64,000 nt of DNA, taken from contig CAVSAC010000010.1 of assembly GCA_963725865.1 (NCBI GenBank), positions 608,001 through 672,000 on the forward strand, written 5' to 3'. Source of the DNA: Candidatus Eiseniibacteriota bacterium. Lineage in GTDB: Bacteria; Eisenbacteria; RBG-16-71-46. Positions 43,477-53,854 of this stretch are shown here, piece by piece; the stretch's first letter is position 1; every line of letters begins with the position of its first letter. The translations under genes and the position numbers were made by a program. The notes beneath the pieces are model-generated. The model saw nothing but the letters and a program-made list of their open reading frames with translations. It made no database searches and was not told the DNA's origin.

Positions 43477-43989
43477 GTGAACGGGCTGCTCGGACGGCTG
43501 TTCCCCAAGGCGCTGCCGAAGTCGCTGTGGGTGTTCCACACCAACGCGGGCGGCTGCAACGGCTGCGACATCGAGGTGCTGGACGCGCTGACGCCCCACT
43601 TCGACGTGGAGCGGTTCGGCATGCGGCTGGTGGGCTCGCCGCGCCACGCCGACGTGCTGCTGGTGTGCGGCCCGGTGACGCGGCCCATGCTGCGCCCCCT
43701 GAAGGCGCTCTACGACGCGGTCCCCGACCCCAAGATCGTGATCGCGATCGGCGCGTGCGCGGTCGGCGGCGGACCGTGGTTCGACACCTACAACGTGGTG
43801 GGCGGCGTGGACAAGGTGATCCCGGTGGACCTGTACGTCCCCGGGTGCCCGGCGCGGCCCGAGGCCATCCTGCACGGGGTGGCGCAGCTGTTGAAGCTGG
43901 CATCGAAGCAGGTGGCGCGCGTGAGCGACGCTCAGGAGAGTCCGGAGGATCTCTCCCGGGTCGGCCACACGCCCGAGCGCGCATCGTGA
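43477..43989 (+). CDS. hycG: Group 4 hydrogenase small subunit (HycG/HyfI/NuoB family)
   Basis: GGCNGCDIE, SPRHADVL, GAC and PGCPARP motifs. Confidence 0.92.
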   Translation: MNGLLGRLFPKALPKSLWVFHTNAGGCNGCDIEVLDALTPHFDVERFGMRLVGSPRHADVLLVCGPVTRPMLRPLKALYDAVPDPKIVIAIGACAVGGGPWFDTYNVVGGVDKVIPVDLYVPGCPARPEAILHGVAQLLKLASKQVARVSDAQESPEDLSRVGHTPERAS

Positions 43990-44111
43990 GCCCGCGCCGG
44001 GCGCCCCGGAAGGCGCACGGCCGCGGATGACGAGAACCTCAGACGCGACGGGGCGCCCGTCCGAGCGATCGGACCGGCGCCCCGCGCTCGTTCGGGCAGC
44101 TCGTCAGGCGC

Positions 44112-46127
44112 TCAGGCAGCCTTCTCCTTCGACTTCGCCATCGCCCCGAACCACAGGTACAGGCAGAGCGCGAGGAAGCCCGCCGCGGAGACCAGTTGCG
44201 AGACGGCGTCGTGCGCGTAGAACGGGGTGGTGATCCGATCCTCGGAGTACCAGGGGAACAGTCGCAGCGCCGCGCCGAACACGCCGCCGAGTGCCCCACC
44301 CGCCATCAGGCCCGAGGCGATGATGACGCCGCGCTCGCGCATGAGCGATCCCGCGGGGCCGCCCGCCTTCTCCGAGCGCTTCGTCACCAGGTGGTGGAGG
44401 AAGCCGCCCACCAGCGCCGGCGAGTTGAGCTCCAGCGGCAGGTACATGCCGAGCGCGAAGACCAGCGAGGGCACGCCGACCATCTCGAGCATGAGGGTGG
44501 TGAGGATGCCGGCGCCGAACAGGACGTACGCGATCGGCTGGTGGCTCATGAAGCCCTGGGTCAGCTCCTTCATGATCGCCGCCTGCGGGGACTCGAGCAC
44601 CTGGCGCACCGGGCCGCCGGGGATCGCGTCGGCGAAGTAGAACGCCCGCGACAGCATCACGATGGTGAGCGCCGCCGCGACCGACGCGAAGACGCCGCCC
44701 AGGAACTTCACCTTCTCCTGATCGGCGGGAGTCGAGCCCAGCCAGTAGCCGGTCTTGAGGTCGGTGACGGTCTGGCCCGACACCGACAGCGCGGTGCACA
44801 CCATCCCGGCGATCGCGAGCACGAAGAACATCCCCGTGGTGCCCGAGAGCCCGAAGTTCAGGAGCACCGCCGACGAGATGATGATGGTCAGCATGGTCAT
44901 GCCCGAGACCGGGTTGCGAGCCGTCGTGGCGATCGCGTTGGCGGCGACCGAGGTGAAGAAGAACGAGAACACCAGCACCAGCACGAGGCCGGCGATCAGC
45001 ACCGGGATGGAGGGCTTGAGCGAGCCCATGAACACCGCGACTCCGATCGCGCTCACCACGACGCCGAGCAGGATGCTCATGACCGGGATGTCGCGGTCGG
45101 TGCGCTCGAGCCCGCTCTTCTCGCCGTGCTGGAACGCGTGCGCGGCGACCGCGAAGGAGCCCACCACGATGCGCAGCGACTTGACGATGCCGAAGATGCC
45201 GGCGGTCGCGATCGCGCCCACGCCCACGAAGCGCACGTAGCCGCGGAAGATCTCGCTCGCGGTCATCTCGGCGATCGGCTTGACCGCCGGGTAGACCGCG
45301 ACGTCGGGGGGCAGGTGACGCCCGACCATCCAGATCAGCGGCACCAGCACGAAGTTCGCGAGCACCCCGCCGGCGCACAGGATCATCGAGGAGCGCAGGC
45401 CCATCACGTAGCCGAGGCCCAGGATGAAGCCAATGGCGTCGAAGCGCAGCGAGACCCGGCCGCGGTCGTAGAGCCCCTGCATCGCCGGGACGAAGCGGAA
45501 GTCCAGGTACTCCTTCCAGACGTGGAACGTGGTCACGAAGAAGTCGTAGAGCCCCGCGATTCCAGTGGCCTGGAGCAGCAGCGCGGCCTGCGAGCCGCCC
45601 TTCTCGCCCGTCACCAGCACCTCGGTGATGGCGGTGGCCTCGGGGTACGGGTACTGCCCGTGGGTCTCGCGCACGAAGTAGCGCCGGAGCGGGATCAGGA
45701 ACAGCACGCCGAGGCAGGCGCCCGCCAGGCAGATGAAGATGGTCTGGATCGGGTGCGGATCGAGCCCGAGCATGTAGAGCGCGGGCAGCGTGAAGATCGC
45801 GCCCGCCACCACCGAGCCCGACATCCCGCCGATGCCGGTGATGATGACGTTCTCGAGCATTCCGGCGCGGCGCGGAAGCACCCGCGCCAGCCCGATCGCG
45901 AGGATCGAGATCGGGATCGCCGCCTCCATCACCTGCCCGACCTTGAGCCCCGAGTAGGCCGAAGCGACGGTGAAGACGACGCAGAGGAACAGCCCCCAGA
46001 ACAGCGACCACATCGTGATCTGACGCGGCGCCGCGGAGGCGGGAACGATCGGCTGGTAGGCCTCGCCCGGCTTCAGCAGCGTGTACGCGTTCTCCGGCAG
46101 CGACTTCTTGGCGTTGTCGTCGTGCAT
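44112..46127 (-). CDS. OPT family oligopeptide transporter
   Basis: YSGLKVGQ..EAAIPISIL, YPEATA, NPVSGMT, DLKTGYWLG and SGLMAG. Confidence 0.92.
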   Translation of the reverse strand: MHDDNAKKSLPENAYTLLKPGEAYQPIVPASAAPRQITMWSLFWGLFLCVVFTVASAYSGLKVGQVMEAAIPISILAIGLARVLPRRAGMLENVIITGIGGMSGSVVAGAIFTLPALYMLGLDPHPIQTIFICLAGACLGVLFLIPLRRYFVRETHGQYPYPEATAITEVLVTGEKGGSQAALLLQATGIAGLYDFFVTTFHVWKEYLDFRFVPAMQGLYDRGRVSLRFDAIGFILGLGYVMGLRSSMILCAGGVLANFVLVPLIWMVGRHLPPDVAVYPAVKPIAEMTASEIFRGYVRFVGVGAIATAGIFGIVKSLRIVVGSFAVAAHAFQHGEKSGLERTDRDIPVMSILLGVVVSAIGVAVFMGSLKPSIPVLIAGLVLVLVFSFFFTSVAANAIATTARNPVSGMTMLTIIISSAVLLNFGLSGTTGMFFVLAIAGMVCTALSVSGQTVTDLKTGYWLGSTPADQEKVKFLGGVFASVAAALTIVMLSRAFYFADAIPGGPVRQVLESPQAAIMKELTQGFMSHQPIAYVLFGAGILTTLMLEMVGVPSLVFALGMYLPLELNSPALVGGFLHHLVTKRSEKAGGPAGSLMRERGVIIASGLMAGGALGGVFGAALRLFPWYSEDRITTPFYAHDAVSQLVSAAGFLALCLYLWFGAMAKSKEKAA

Positions 46128-46347
46128 GACGGCCGTTTCCCTCGCGTGGAGATCGTGGGGTGGTCGAGCGGGCAGCATAGCGTGTGCACCGCGCCATCCC
46201 AAGGCGACTCGTGCGACGGTCGCGGCGGCCGGCCCATCGCGCCGCGCGGCCCCGCGGCCGCGCTTGTCCGACCCCGCGGCGCGGCCCTACAGTCCGGCGA
46301 TCGGCACCCCTTGCTGTGTCGTCACTCGATCCGTCGAAAGGCCACCG

Positions 46348-47664
46348 ATGTCCCCGAACCTGCGCCTCGCCCGCTCTGTTGCCTCCCTGCCCCGCCTCGT
46401 CACGCTCGCCGCGCTGCTGGCCGCGGCGTGGCTGCCCCGCGCGAGCCTCGCCGCGCCCCGGCCGCTCCCCGTCACGCTGGTCGAGACCCGTCCCGTCGAG
46501 TCCACGCTCGGCAATCCCGAGCTTCCGTCGGCGGTCGACGTGTGGCTGGAGATGATCGGCGGCGCCCGGCGCACGCTCGACATCGAGCAGTTCTACTGCA
46601 GCGATTGGCCGGGCGAGCCGATGCGCCCGGTGCTCGACGCGATCGGGGCGGCCGCACGGCGCGGCGTGAAGGTCCGGTTCCTGCTCGATGCCGGGATGCA
46701 CAAGACCTACCCGATGCCCGCCGACTCGCTCGGCCGGCTCGCGGGCGTCACGGTGCGGCTGGTGGACTACCACCGCATCGCGGGCGGGATCCAGCACGCC
46801 AAGTTCTTCCTGGTCGACGGCACCCGCACGTTCCTCGGCAGCCAGAACTTCGACTGGCGGGCGCTCCGGCACATCCACGAGCTGGGCGTGCGGATCGACG
46901 ACGCGCGGGTGACCGAGGTGTTCCAGCAGGCGTTCGACATGGACTGGGGCGCGTCCGTCGGCGCGCCGGGCGACAGCATCGCGGCCGACTCGCTGGCCGC
47001 GCTGCGGGCGAGAGCGGCGCGCGCGGCGCTGCCGCCGCTGCCGATCACGATCGTCCAGGCGCCGCGCGACACGGTGCGGGTGTGGCCGTCGTACAACCCG
47101 CGCTCGTTCATCCCCGCGCCGGCGCTGTGGGACCGCGACGCGCTCGAGCGGCTGCTCGACTCGGCGCACCAATCGATCGTGCTGCAGGCGCTCAGCTACG
47201 GGACCGGCGGGCGCGGCGAGCGCGATTCCACGCTCGACCAGGCCCTGCGCCGCGCGGCCGCGCGCGGCGTGAAGGTGCGGCTGATCATCTCGGACTGGGA
47301 GACCGGCGGCATCGTCGACCTGCAGCGACTCTCGACCGTGCCGAACGTCGAGGTGAAGCTTTCGACCGTGCCGGAGTGGAGCGGCGGCTACATCCCGTTC
47401 GCGCGGGTCGAGCACTGCAAGTACGTCGTCGTGGACGAGGCGCGCACCTGGGTGGGCACCAGCAACTGGGAGCCCGGCTACTTCCTCGGGTCGCGCAACC
47501 TTGCGGTGATCCTCGACGATCGCCGGCTGGCCGGGCAGGCGCAGCGCATCTTCGAGACCTCGTGGACCGCCCCGGGGGCCCAGACTGTCCGCGCCGATGC
47601 CACCTACCCGCGCAAGGCGCACGGCGAGGAGTCCCCGGACGGCCGCGCGGTCTACGGGCGATGA
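46348..47664 (+). CDS. Secreted phospholipase D family protein (two HKD motifs, PLD3/K4-like)
   Basis: HAKFFLVD...GSQNFDWR and HCKYVVVD...GTSNW. Confidence 0.88.
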   Translation: MSPNLRLARSVASLPRLVTLAALLAAAWLPRASLAAPRPLPVTLVETRPVESTLGNPELPSAVDVWLEMIGGARRTLDIEQFYCSDWPGEPMRPVLDAIGAAARRGVKVRFLLDAGMHKTYPMPADSLGRLAGVTVRLVDYHRIAGGIQHAKFFLVDGTRTFLGSQNFDWRALRHIHELGVRIDDARVTEVFQQAFDMDWGASVGAPGDSIAADSLAALRARAARAALPPLPITIVQAPRDTVRVWPSYNPRSFIPAPALWDRDALERLLDSAHQSIVLQALSYGTGGRGERDSTLDQALRRAAARGVKVRLIISDWETGGIVDLQRLSTVPNVEVKLSTVPEWSGGYIPFARVEHCKYVVVDEARTWVGTSNWEPGYFLGSRNLAVILDDRRLAGQAQRIFETSWTAPGAQTVRADATYPRKAHGEESPDGRAVYGR

Positions 47665-49007
47665 GCCGGACCGCGCGCCTGCTGCCGCTCGCCGCCGCCG
47701 CGCTGCTGGCGCTCGCGGGCGGCGCGGACGCGCGCGCCGCCCGCGCGCCGCTTGGGATCGAGCGCCTCCAGCACCTGGTCGTGATCGTGCTCGAGAACCA
47801 CAGCTTCGACAATCTCTACGGCGAGTTCCCGGGCGCCGACGGCTTCGTGTCCGCGCGCCACCTGTGGCCGCAGATCGACGAGCACGGAGTGCCCTACGCG
47901 ACGCTGCCGGTCGCCCGTCACAGCCCGATCCCGGCCGGGCTGCCGAACCACCCGTTCTGCCTGCAGACGTACGTCGACATCGACACCACGATGCCCGACC
48001 TCTCGCACTCGCTGGACGACGAGCGGTTCCAGATCCACGGCGGCCGCATGGACCGCTTCGTGCTCGGCAACAGCTCGAAGGCCGCGGCACTCGGCTACTT
48101 CCACACCCGCGACCTGCCGCTGGCGTCGCTCGCGAGCGAGTACACGTTGTGCGATCGGTTCTTCCACGCCTCGATCGGCGGCTCGATGCTGGACCACCAG
48201 TGGCTGATCGCCGCGCGCACGCCGCGCTGGCCGGATGCGCCCGACAGCGTGCGGCTGCGCCACGACGCCCGGGGCCGCGTGACGCACAACGGCTACGTGA
48301 CCGAGGACGGATTCGTGGTGGGGACCTCCCAGAGCCGGCTCGGCCCGCACGAGGCGAAGCTCGCGGACTCGGTGCTGGTGCCGGCGCAGGACTACGACAC
48401 CATCGGCGAGCGCCTGAGCGAGCGGGGCGTGAGCTGGGCGTGGTACGCCGAGGGCTGGGACGACGCGGTCGCCGGTCGCGAGGGCCTGTCGTTCCAGTAC
48501 CACCACCACCCGTTCGTCTACTTCCGCCGCTACGGCCCCGGCACCGAGGGGCGGCGCCTGCACCTGCTCGACGGCGCCGAGTTCCTGAGCGCCGTGCGCG
48601 CGGGCACCCTGCCCGCCGTGGCGTTCGTGAAGCCGATCGGGCGCTACAACGAGCACCCGGGCTACGCGGACGTGCTCTCCGGCGAGCAGCACACGCTCGA
48701 GCTGGTGAAGGCGGTGATGGGCGGACCGCAATGGGACAGCACCGCGATCGTGATCACCTACGACGAGCACGGCGGGTTCTGGGACCACGTGGCGCCGCCG
48801 GTGGTGGACCGCTGGGGCCCCGGGCTGCGGGTGCCGACGCTGGTGATCGCGCCGTTCGCGAAGCGGCACCACGTCGACCACACCGCCTACGACACCACGT
48901 CGATCCTGGCGCTGATCGAGCGGCGCTGGGGGCTGAGCCCGCTCGCCACGCGAGACGCGCACGCCGCCCCGCTGCTGGGCGCGTTCGACTTCGGGACGCG
49001 GCGCTAG
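47661..49007 (+). CDS. Secreted acid phosphatase (AcpA/phosphoesterase family)
   Basis: ENHSFDNLYG, NEHPGY, TYDEHGGFWDHV and GPGLRVP; overlaps the PLD stop (ATGA). Confidence 0.9.
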   Translation: MSRTARLLPLAAAALLALAGGADARAARAPLGIERLQHLVVIVLENHSFDNLYGEFPGADGFVSARHLWPQIDEHGVPYATLPVARHSPIPAGLPNHPFCLQTYVDIDTTMPDLSHSLDDERFQIHGGRMDRFVLGNSSKAAALGYFHTRDLPLASLASEYTLCDRFFHASIGGSMLDHQWLIAARTPRWPDAPDSVRLRHDARGRVTHNGYVTEDGFVVGTSQSRLGPHEAKLADSVLVPAQDYDTIGERLSERGVSWAWYAEGWDDAVAGREGLSFQYHHHPFVYFRRYGPGTEGRRLHLLDGAEFLSAVRAGTLPAVAFVKPIGRYNEHPGYADVLSGEQHTLELVKAVMGGPQWDSTAIVITYDEHGGFWDHVAPPVVDRWGPGLRVPTLVIAPFAKRHHVDHTAYDTTSILALIERRWGLSPLATRDAHAAPLLGAFDFGTRR

Positions 49008-51049
49008 CGCTTCGCCCCGGCCGCGGTCCCGGGCGCCCCGCTGCCGCGCGCGCCGCGATGGTGGTCGTACCAGTCCAGCCACGCCTGCCAGCGGTGCGCG
49101 TTGTGAGCGGGCTCGACGAAGCCGTGGTCCTCGCGCGGGTAGGCGTAGAACGTGACCGGGCAGCCGACGTCGCGCAGCGCGCGATACAGCAGGATGCTCT
49201 GCTGGAACGGCACCCGGGCGTCCTCCTGGCCCTGCAGGATCAGCGTCGGCGCGCGCGCCCCGGCGATCGCGCGTATGGGATTCGCGCGGTCGAAGTGCTC
49301 GGTCTGGTGCCACGGGTCGCCCCGGTACTCCCACTGCGCGGCGACCCCGTGGTTGATGTCGCTGAGCGCGTACGAGAGGACCACGTCGTTCACGCCCGCC
49401 CCCACCACGTGCGCGCGGTAGCGGTGCACGTGGCCGAGCGTCCAGGCGCTGATGTAGCCGCCCCACGACCAGCCGCCGAAGAACAAGTTGTTGGGGTCCA
49501 CGCGTCGCGCGGCGATCAACGCGTCGACGCCGCTCTCGATGTCCATCGACTCGAGCGCGCCGAAGCGGTCGCGGTTCGCCGCGTAGAACGCGTGGCCGTA
49601 CGCGACGCCGCCGCGGTAGTTGGGACGGAACACCGCGTAGCCGTGCGCGGCGAGGAACACGGTGAATGCACTGAAGCGCCGCGGCGTCACGTCGTCGGGT
49701 CCACCGTGCGGGAACACCACGAGCGGCGGCGGGCTCGGCGCGTGCGCCGCGGCCGGCGGCAGCGTGAGCAGTCCCTCGAGCGCCGTGCCCTCGGGGCCGG
49801 TCCAGCGCACGACCTCGGTGGCGCCGACCGCCCACGTCGACGTCTGCGGGTGGAGGCGGGCCACCACCCGCACCGCGCGCGTGGCGAGGTCGAACACGGT
49901 GGGATCCGGCGGCTCGGTGTCACTCGAGGACAGGCACACCACCCGGGCGCCGTCGCGCGCGAGCGCGAAGTCGCCGTCGATCACGCGCCCGGAGAAGCCC
50001 AGGTCCTGCGGCGTGCCCCCGGCGGCCGCGATGCGCCACAGCGCCGTGCCCGTGCGCTCCCTGATCAGCGCCACCACCGACTGGCCGTCGGGCGCCCACT
50101 CGATGCGGTCGAACGCGGGATCGAGCGACGGCGAGAGCTCGCGCGCCCCGGTGCCCTCGGCGTCGCACAGCATCAGGCTGTTCTGCAGCGTGAGCCCGTC
50201 GCGCACGGTGAGGAATGCGACACGGCGGCCGTCGGGCGACCAGCGCAACTGGTCGACGGAGTGGGTGCCATCGGTGAGGGTGCGCAGCACCCGGCCGTCC
50301 GCCATCGACACGATGCGGACGGTGACCAGCGTGCTCGCCAGGTAGGGGTCGGACGATTCGCTGGTCTGCACCGCCAGCCGCGCGCCGTCCGGCGCGAGCG
50401 CCCAATCGGCGACGTGCTCGGGCCCCTTCGTGACCCGGCGCGGCACGCCGCCGGCGCGTGGCACCACGTAGACGGCGGTCGCGCGCCACTCGGTGTCCCA
50501 CTCCTCCACCCCACCGCTCGCCCATTCGGCGTCCTTCTCCTTCTGGGACTTGGGCTCCGCGGCGCCGAAGACGAACGAGCGGCCGTCCGGCGTCCACTCG
50601 AGGCTGCCGGGCTCGAGCGTGCCGGTGTCGACCACCTCGGCCTCGCCGCCGTCGAGGCGCATCACCTGGATGCGGGTCGTCCCCTCGCGCTTGCGCAGGA
50701 ACGCGATCTCGCGGCCGTCGGGCGACCAGCGCGGCGTGCCCGCGCGCTCCTTGGCGGTGGTGAGCGCGCGTGTCGCGCCGGTGGCGAGATCCACCAGCCA
50801 CAGCTGGCGCGCGTTGGTCCAGCCCGCGTCGTGATCGTCCGCCGACGGCTTGGCGGCCGCGTCGAAGACGTGCGTGGTGAGCGCCACGACGGCGGCGTGC
50901 CCGTCGGGCGCCAGGCGCAGGTCGCCGACACCCGCGAGCGCCGCGATGTCGGCGGCGGTCGGGTGCACGGGGGTCGCGGCGAACGCGCATGCGCCGACCA
51001 GCGAGAGCAGCAGCACGAGCGGGGCGATCACGCGGATGCGGCGGGGCAT
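49004..51049 (-). CDS. S9 family peptidase (acylaminoacyl/dipeptidyl peptidase)
   Basis: WSPDG propeller repeats, HGGP, GWSWGG, EDARV and EDHG. Confidence 0.92.
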   Translation of the reverse strand: MPRRIRVIAPLVLLLSLVGACAFAATPVHPTAADIAALAGVGDLRLAPDGHAAVVALTTHVFDAAAKPSADDHDAGWTNARQLWLVDLATGATRALTTAKERAGTPRWSPDGREIAFLRKREGTTRIQVMRLDGGEAEVVDTGTLEPGSLEWTPDGRSFVFGAAEPKSQKEKDAEWASGGVEEWDTEWRATAVYVVPRAGGVPRRVTKGPEHVADWALAPDGARLAVQTSESSDPYLASTLVTVRIVSMADGRVLRTLTDGTHSVDQLRWSPDGRRVAFLTVRDGLTLQNSLMLCDAEGTGARELSPSLDPAFDRIEWAPDGQSVVALIRERTGTALWRIAAAGGTPQDLGFSGRVIDGDFALARDGARVVCLSSSDTEPPDPTVFDLATRAVRVVARLHPQTSTWAVGATEVVRWTGPEGTALEGLLTLPPAAAHAPSPPPLVVFPHGGPDDVTPRRFSAFTVFLAAHGYAVFRPNYRGGVAYGHAFYAANRDRFGALESMDIESGVDALIAARRVDPNNLFFGGWSWGGYISAWTLGHVHRYRAHVVGAGVNDVVLSYALSDINHGVAAQWEYRGDPWHQTEHFDRANPIRAIAGARAPTLILQGQEDARVPFQQSILLYRALRDVGCPVTFYAYPREDHGFVEPAHNAHRWQAWLDWYDHHRGARGSGAPGTAAGAKR

Positions 51050-51240
51050 CGACGACCTCCTCGGGGTACGGCCGGGCGAGCGAACGACGGCGAAGGACGG
51101 CGCACTGTAGCGCGGACCCGGCCGCGGCGCATGGGCCGATCGCGCGCGGATCGACCGGAGCGGCGCTTCCGCCGCCCGGCGCGGAGCGCGCCGCCGCGGT
51201 GGCGGGCCGCCTCCGCGTCGGGCGACCGCGCGACGGCGGA

Positions 51241-52069
51241 CTAGCGAGCGCGCGCCTCGCGGGTCAGGCCGAGCTTCTCGGGCACCTTGAGGAGCTTGCC
51301 CCACACGGTGCCCGGGATGCTCGCCGGCACGTACCGGACGCCGAGCTGGCGGAGCCGGATCGAGAGCATCGCCTCGTTCAGGATCGCCCGCACCTTCGCG
51401 CGGAAGTGACCCCAGGTCGCGGGGCCCAGCTCGAAATGGCTGTGCCAGCGCCGCGTGAGCCACTCGACGACGTAGTCGCGGTAGGCCTGGTTCAGCGGGG
51501 CGTCGGGCCGGAACACCGCTCCGGGCCCCGGATAGGCCGCCGCGAGGAATGCGTCCAGGTCGTGCTCGCGCACGCTGACCACGCTGCCGAGCCGATCGAC
51601 GGTCCGCTTCGAGAGCAGGAAGCAGCTCGTGCAGATCCACCACCGCGCGCTCTGGCCGTAGACCCGCGCGTCCCGCTTGGAACGTGTCCACGCGGCCGAG
51701 CGCGAGATCCAGCACGGCGGTCTTCCACAGCAGCCAGCCGCCTGCGAAGTCGCGCAGGAAGCTGGTGCCGCTCGCCTCGAACGCCTCGTTCACGAACAGG
51801 ACGACGTCGCACGGGAGATTGCGCTCGCGCAGGAACTCGACGCCCCGCTGCCAGGCGGAGAACTCGCGGTCGCGGTTGTCCCCCTGCAGCACCCAGGTGT
51901 TCGCGTCGACCTGGCGCGCGCCGGTCCCCTCGTCGTGGTTGTCGATCCGGATCACCGTCGTCGGGTGGCCCGCGAACCCCCGGAGGTACGTCGCGAGGCG
52001 CTCGAAGCTCCCCGCGTAGCGCACGCGGTCGTATTCGACGTAGAGGACGACGAGCTGGAATCGGCGCAT
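51241..52069 (-). CDS. Hypothetical protein in sugar-nucleotide cluster (apparent +1 frameshift near 51680)
   Basis: MRRFQLVVLY...GDNRDREFSAW...VLFVNE joins in a second frame to WICTSCFLL...ILNEAMLS. Confidence 0.6.
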
Positions 52070-52077
52070 CGGAGCAC

Positions 52078-53049
52078 CTAGGACTTCAGCTGCTGGAACA
52101 TCCGGATGTTGTAGTACTCCTGCTTCTCGAAGTCCCCGTACTCGTCGCGGTGCTCGGACAGGTCCGCCACGATGTCCTGGATCGAGAACTCGGGATGGAA
52201 GCCGAGGTTTACGCGGGCCTTCTCGATCGAGACCTTGTAGTTTCGGAAGTCCTGCAGGTTGCGGATCTCGACCGCGATCCGGCGCCCGCCGTCGCGCTCG
52301 AGCTGGCGCTTCACGAGGTCCCCGACCTGCCCCACGGTGTAGTTGTCGGAGGCGATGTTGAAGATCCCCGACAGCGACGGGTTCGCCTGCACCGCGCGCA
52401 GGTACGCGGAGACGATGTCGCGGATGTCGCAGATCGGACGCCAGATCGCCGGGTTGTTGATCGTGATCCGCCCGGCCTGCGTCGCGGTCTTGAACATGGT
52501 GTTCACGATCAGGTCGAAGCGCATCCGCGGACTGTGCCCCGACACCGTCCCCTGCCGCAGCGCGATCACCGAGAACGCGTCGTCCTGCATCTGGAACACG
52601 CCATGCTCGCCCTGGAGCTTCGAGATCCCGTAGGGGTACGCGCAGGTGGCGGGCGACTCCTCGGTGAACAGCCGGTTCTCGGTGTAGCCGTAGATCGAGC
52701 ACGAGGACGCGTAGATGTAGCGACGGATCCCCGCCTGCTTGGCCGTGAACGCGAGGTAGGCGGGCAGCGCCGCGTTGTGCGTGAAGTTCTTCGCCGGATC
52801 GAACTCCGCCATGGGATCGTTCGAGAGACCCGCGAGGAAGATGAACTGGTCGAAGCCGCGCAGGTCGTCCTTCGTCACCGAGAACAGGTCCCGCTGCAGG
52901 ACGCGCACGTCGGACGGCAGGTGGTTGCCGAACCAGAGCTGGTCGATGACGGTGACGTCGTAGCCGCGCTCCACCAGCGCCGGGACGATCGCGCTGCCGA
53001 GATAGCCCGCGCCGCCGCCCACCAGGATCCTCAGTCGTTCGTGTTCCAT
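52078..53049 (-). CDS. NAD-dependent epimerase/dehydratase (extended SDR)
   Basis: GGAGYLG, ASSCSIYG and YGISK motifs. Confidence 0.92.
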   Translation of the reverse strand: MEHERLRILVGGGAGYLGSAIVPALVERGYDVTVIDQLWFGNHLPSDVRVLQRDLFSVTKDDLRGFDQFIFLAGLSNDPMAEFDPAKNFTHNAALPAYLAFTAKQAGIRRYIYASSCSIYGYTENRLFTEESPATCAYPYGISKLQGEHGVFQMQDDAFSVIALRQGTVSGHSPRMRFDLIVNTMFKTATQAGRITINNPAIWRPICDIRDIVSAYLRAVQANPSLSGIFNIASDNYTVGQVGDLVKRQLERDGGRRIAVEIRNLQDFRNYKVSIEKARVNLGFHPEFSIQDIVADLSEHRDEYGDFEKQEYYNIRMFQQLKS

Positions 53050-53053
53050 GCGC

Positions 53054-53791
53054 TCACCGTGAAGGAGGGTCGGACTGCTGGAATCGTTCGCGGAATTGGG
53101 TCACGTCCAGCGACGTGTCGGCCGGGACCCGGAAGGGCACGTCCGCCCGAGCGAGCCTTCCGATGGTCTTCTCGGGGCTGACGCGCGTCGCGTATTCATG
53201 GACGGACTTGCGGTCGCCGCCGACGTGGAGCACGCCGCGGAAATCCGAGTCGAGCACCCGGGCGATCATCGCCGCGATCGTGCGCACCGGCTCGCGGCTG
53301 GTCCACTGGTCGACGAACGCCTTGTCGTACGGAAACACGTTCGGACCGAACGTGGTCCGGATCACGACCGAGTCGTCGAGCATCCGCACCGCGCACTCCC
53401 CGCCCAGCTTCGACCAGGCGTACTTGTTCACGGGATGGACCGGATCCTCCTCGCGGTAGTTCCCGCGCTCGCCGTCGAACACGTAGTCGGTCGAGATGTA
53501 GATCAGCCGCAGCCCGTGCCGCGCGCACAGCCGGACGACGTTGCAGGTGCCGACGATGTTGACCTCGAGGCCCAGCAGCGGATCCTGCTCGACCTTCGGG
53601 GGCGACGTGAACGCCGCCGCGTGCACGATCGTGCCGAGATTCGCGCTCTCCGCGTAGGCGGCCATGAGCTTGGGGGCGGTGATGTCGAACTCCTCCACGC
53701 TCGGGTAGCGGAGCGCGGGCAGCAGGCGACGGAACTCGCCGCCGAGCAGCCCGCTCCCGCCGGTGAACAGGATGCGGTCCGGTTCGATCAT
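53054..53791 (-). CDS. rmlD: dTDP-4-dehydrorhamnose reductase-like
   Basis: TGGSGLLG, ISTDYVFDG and YAWSK motifs. Confidence 0.82.
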   Translation of the reverse strand: MIEPDRILFTGGSGLLGGEFRRLLPALRYPSVEEFDITAPKLMAAYAESANLGTIVHAAAFTSPPKVEQDPLLGLEVNIVGTCNVVRLCARHGLRLIYISTDYVFDGERGNYREEDPVHPVNKYAWSKLGGECAVRMLDDSVVIRTTFGPNVFPYDKAFVDQWTSREPVRTIAAMIARVLDSDFRGVLHVGGDRKSVHEYATRVSPEKTIGRLARADVPFRVPADTSLDVTQFRERFQQSDPPSR

Positions 53792-53854
53792 GGCGTTCCT
53801 CGCGGGCAGGCGGACTGCGGCCGGGCGGCTCCGCGCGCGGAAGCGCCGGCGCGC

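Noticed and set aside
34789..43989. Complex I (nuo) or Ehr hydrogenase-related complex
   Set aside because: The large subunit retains both CxxC Ni-binding motifs and a cleavable tail, and a maturation protease is in the operon.
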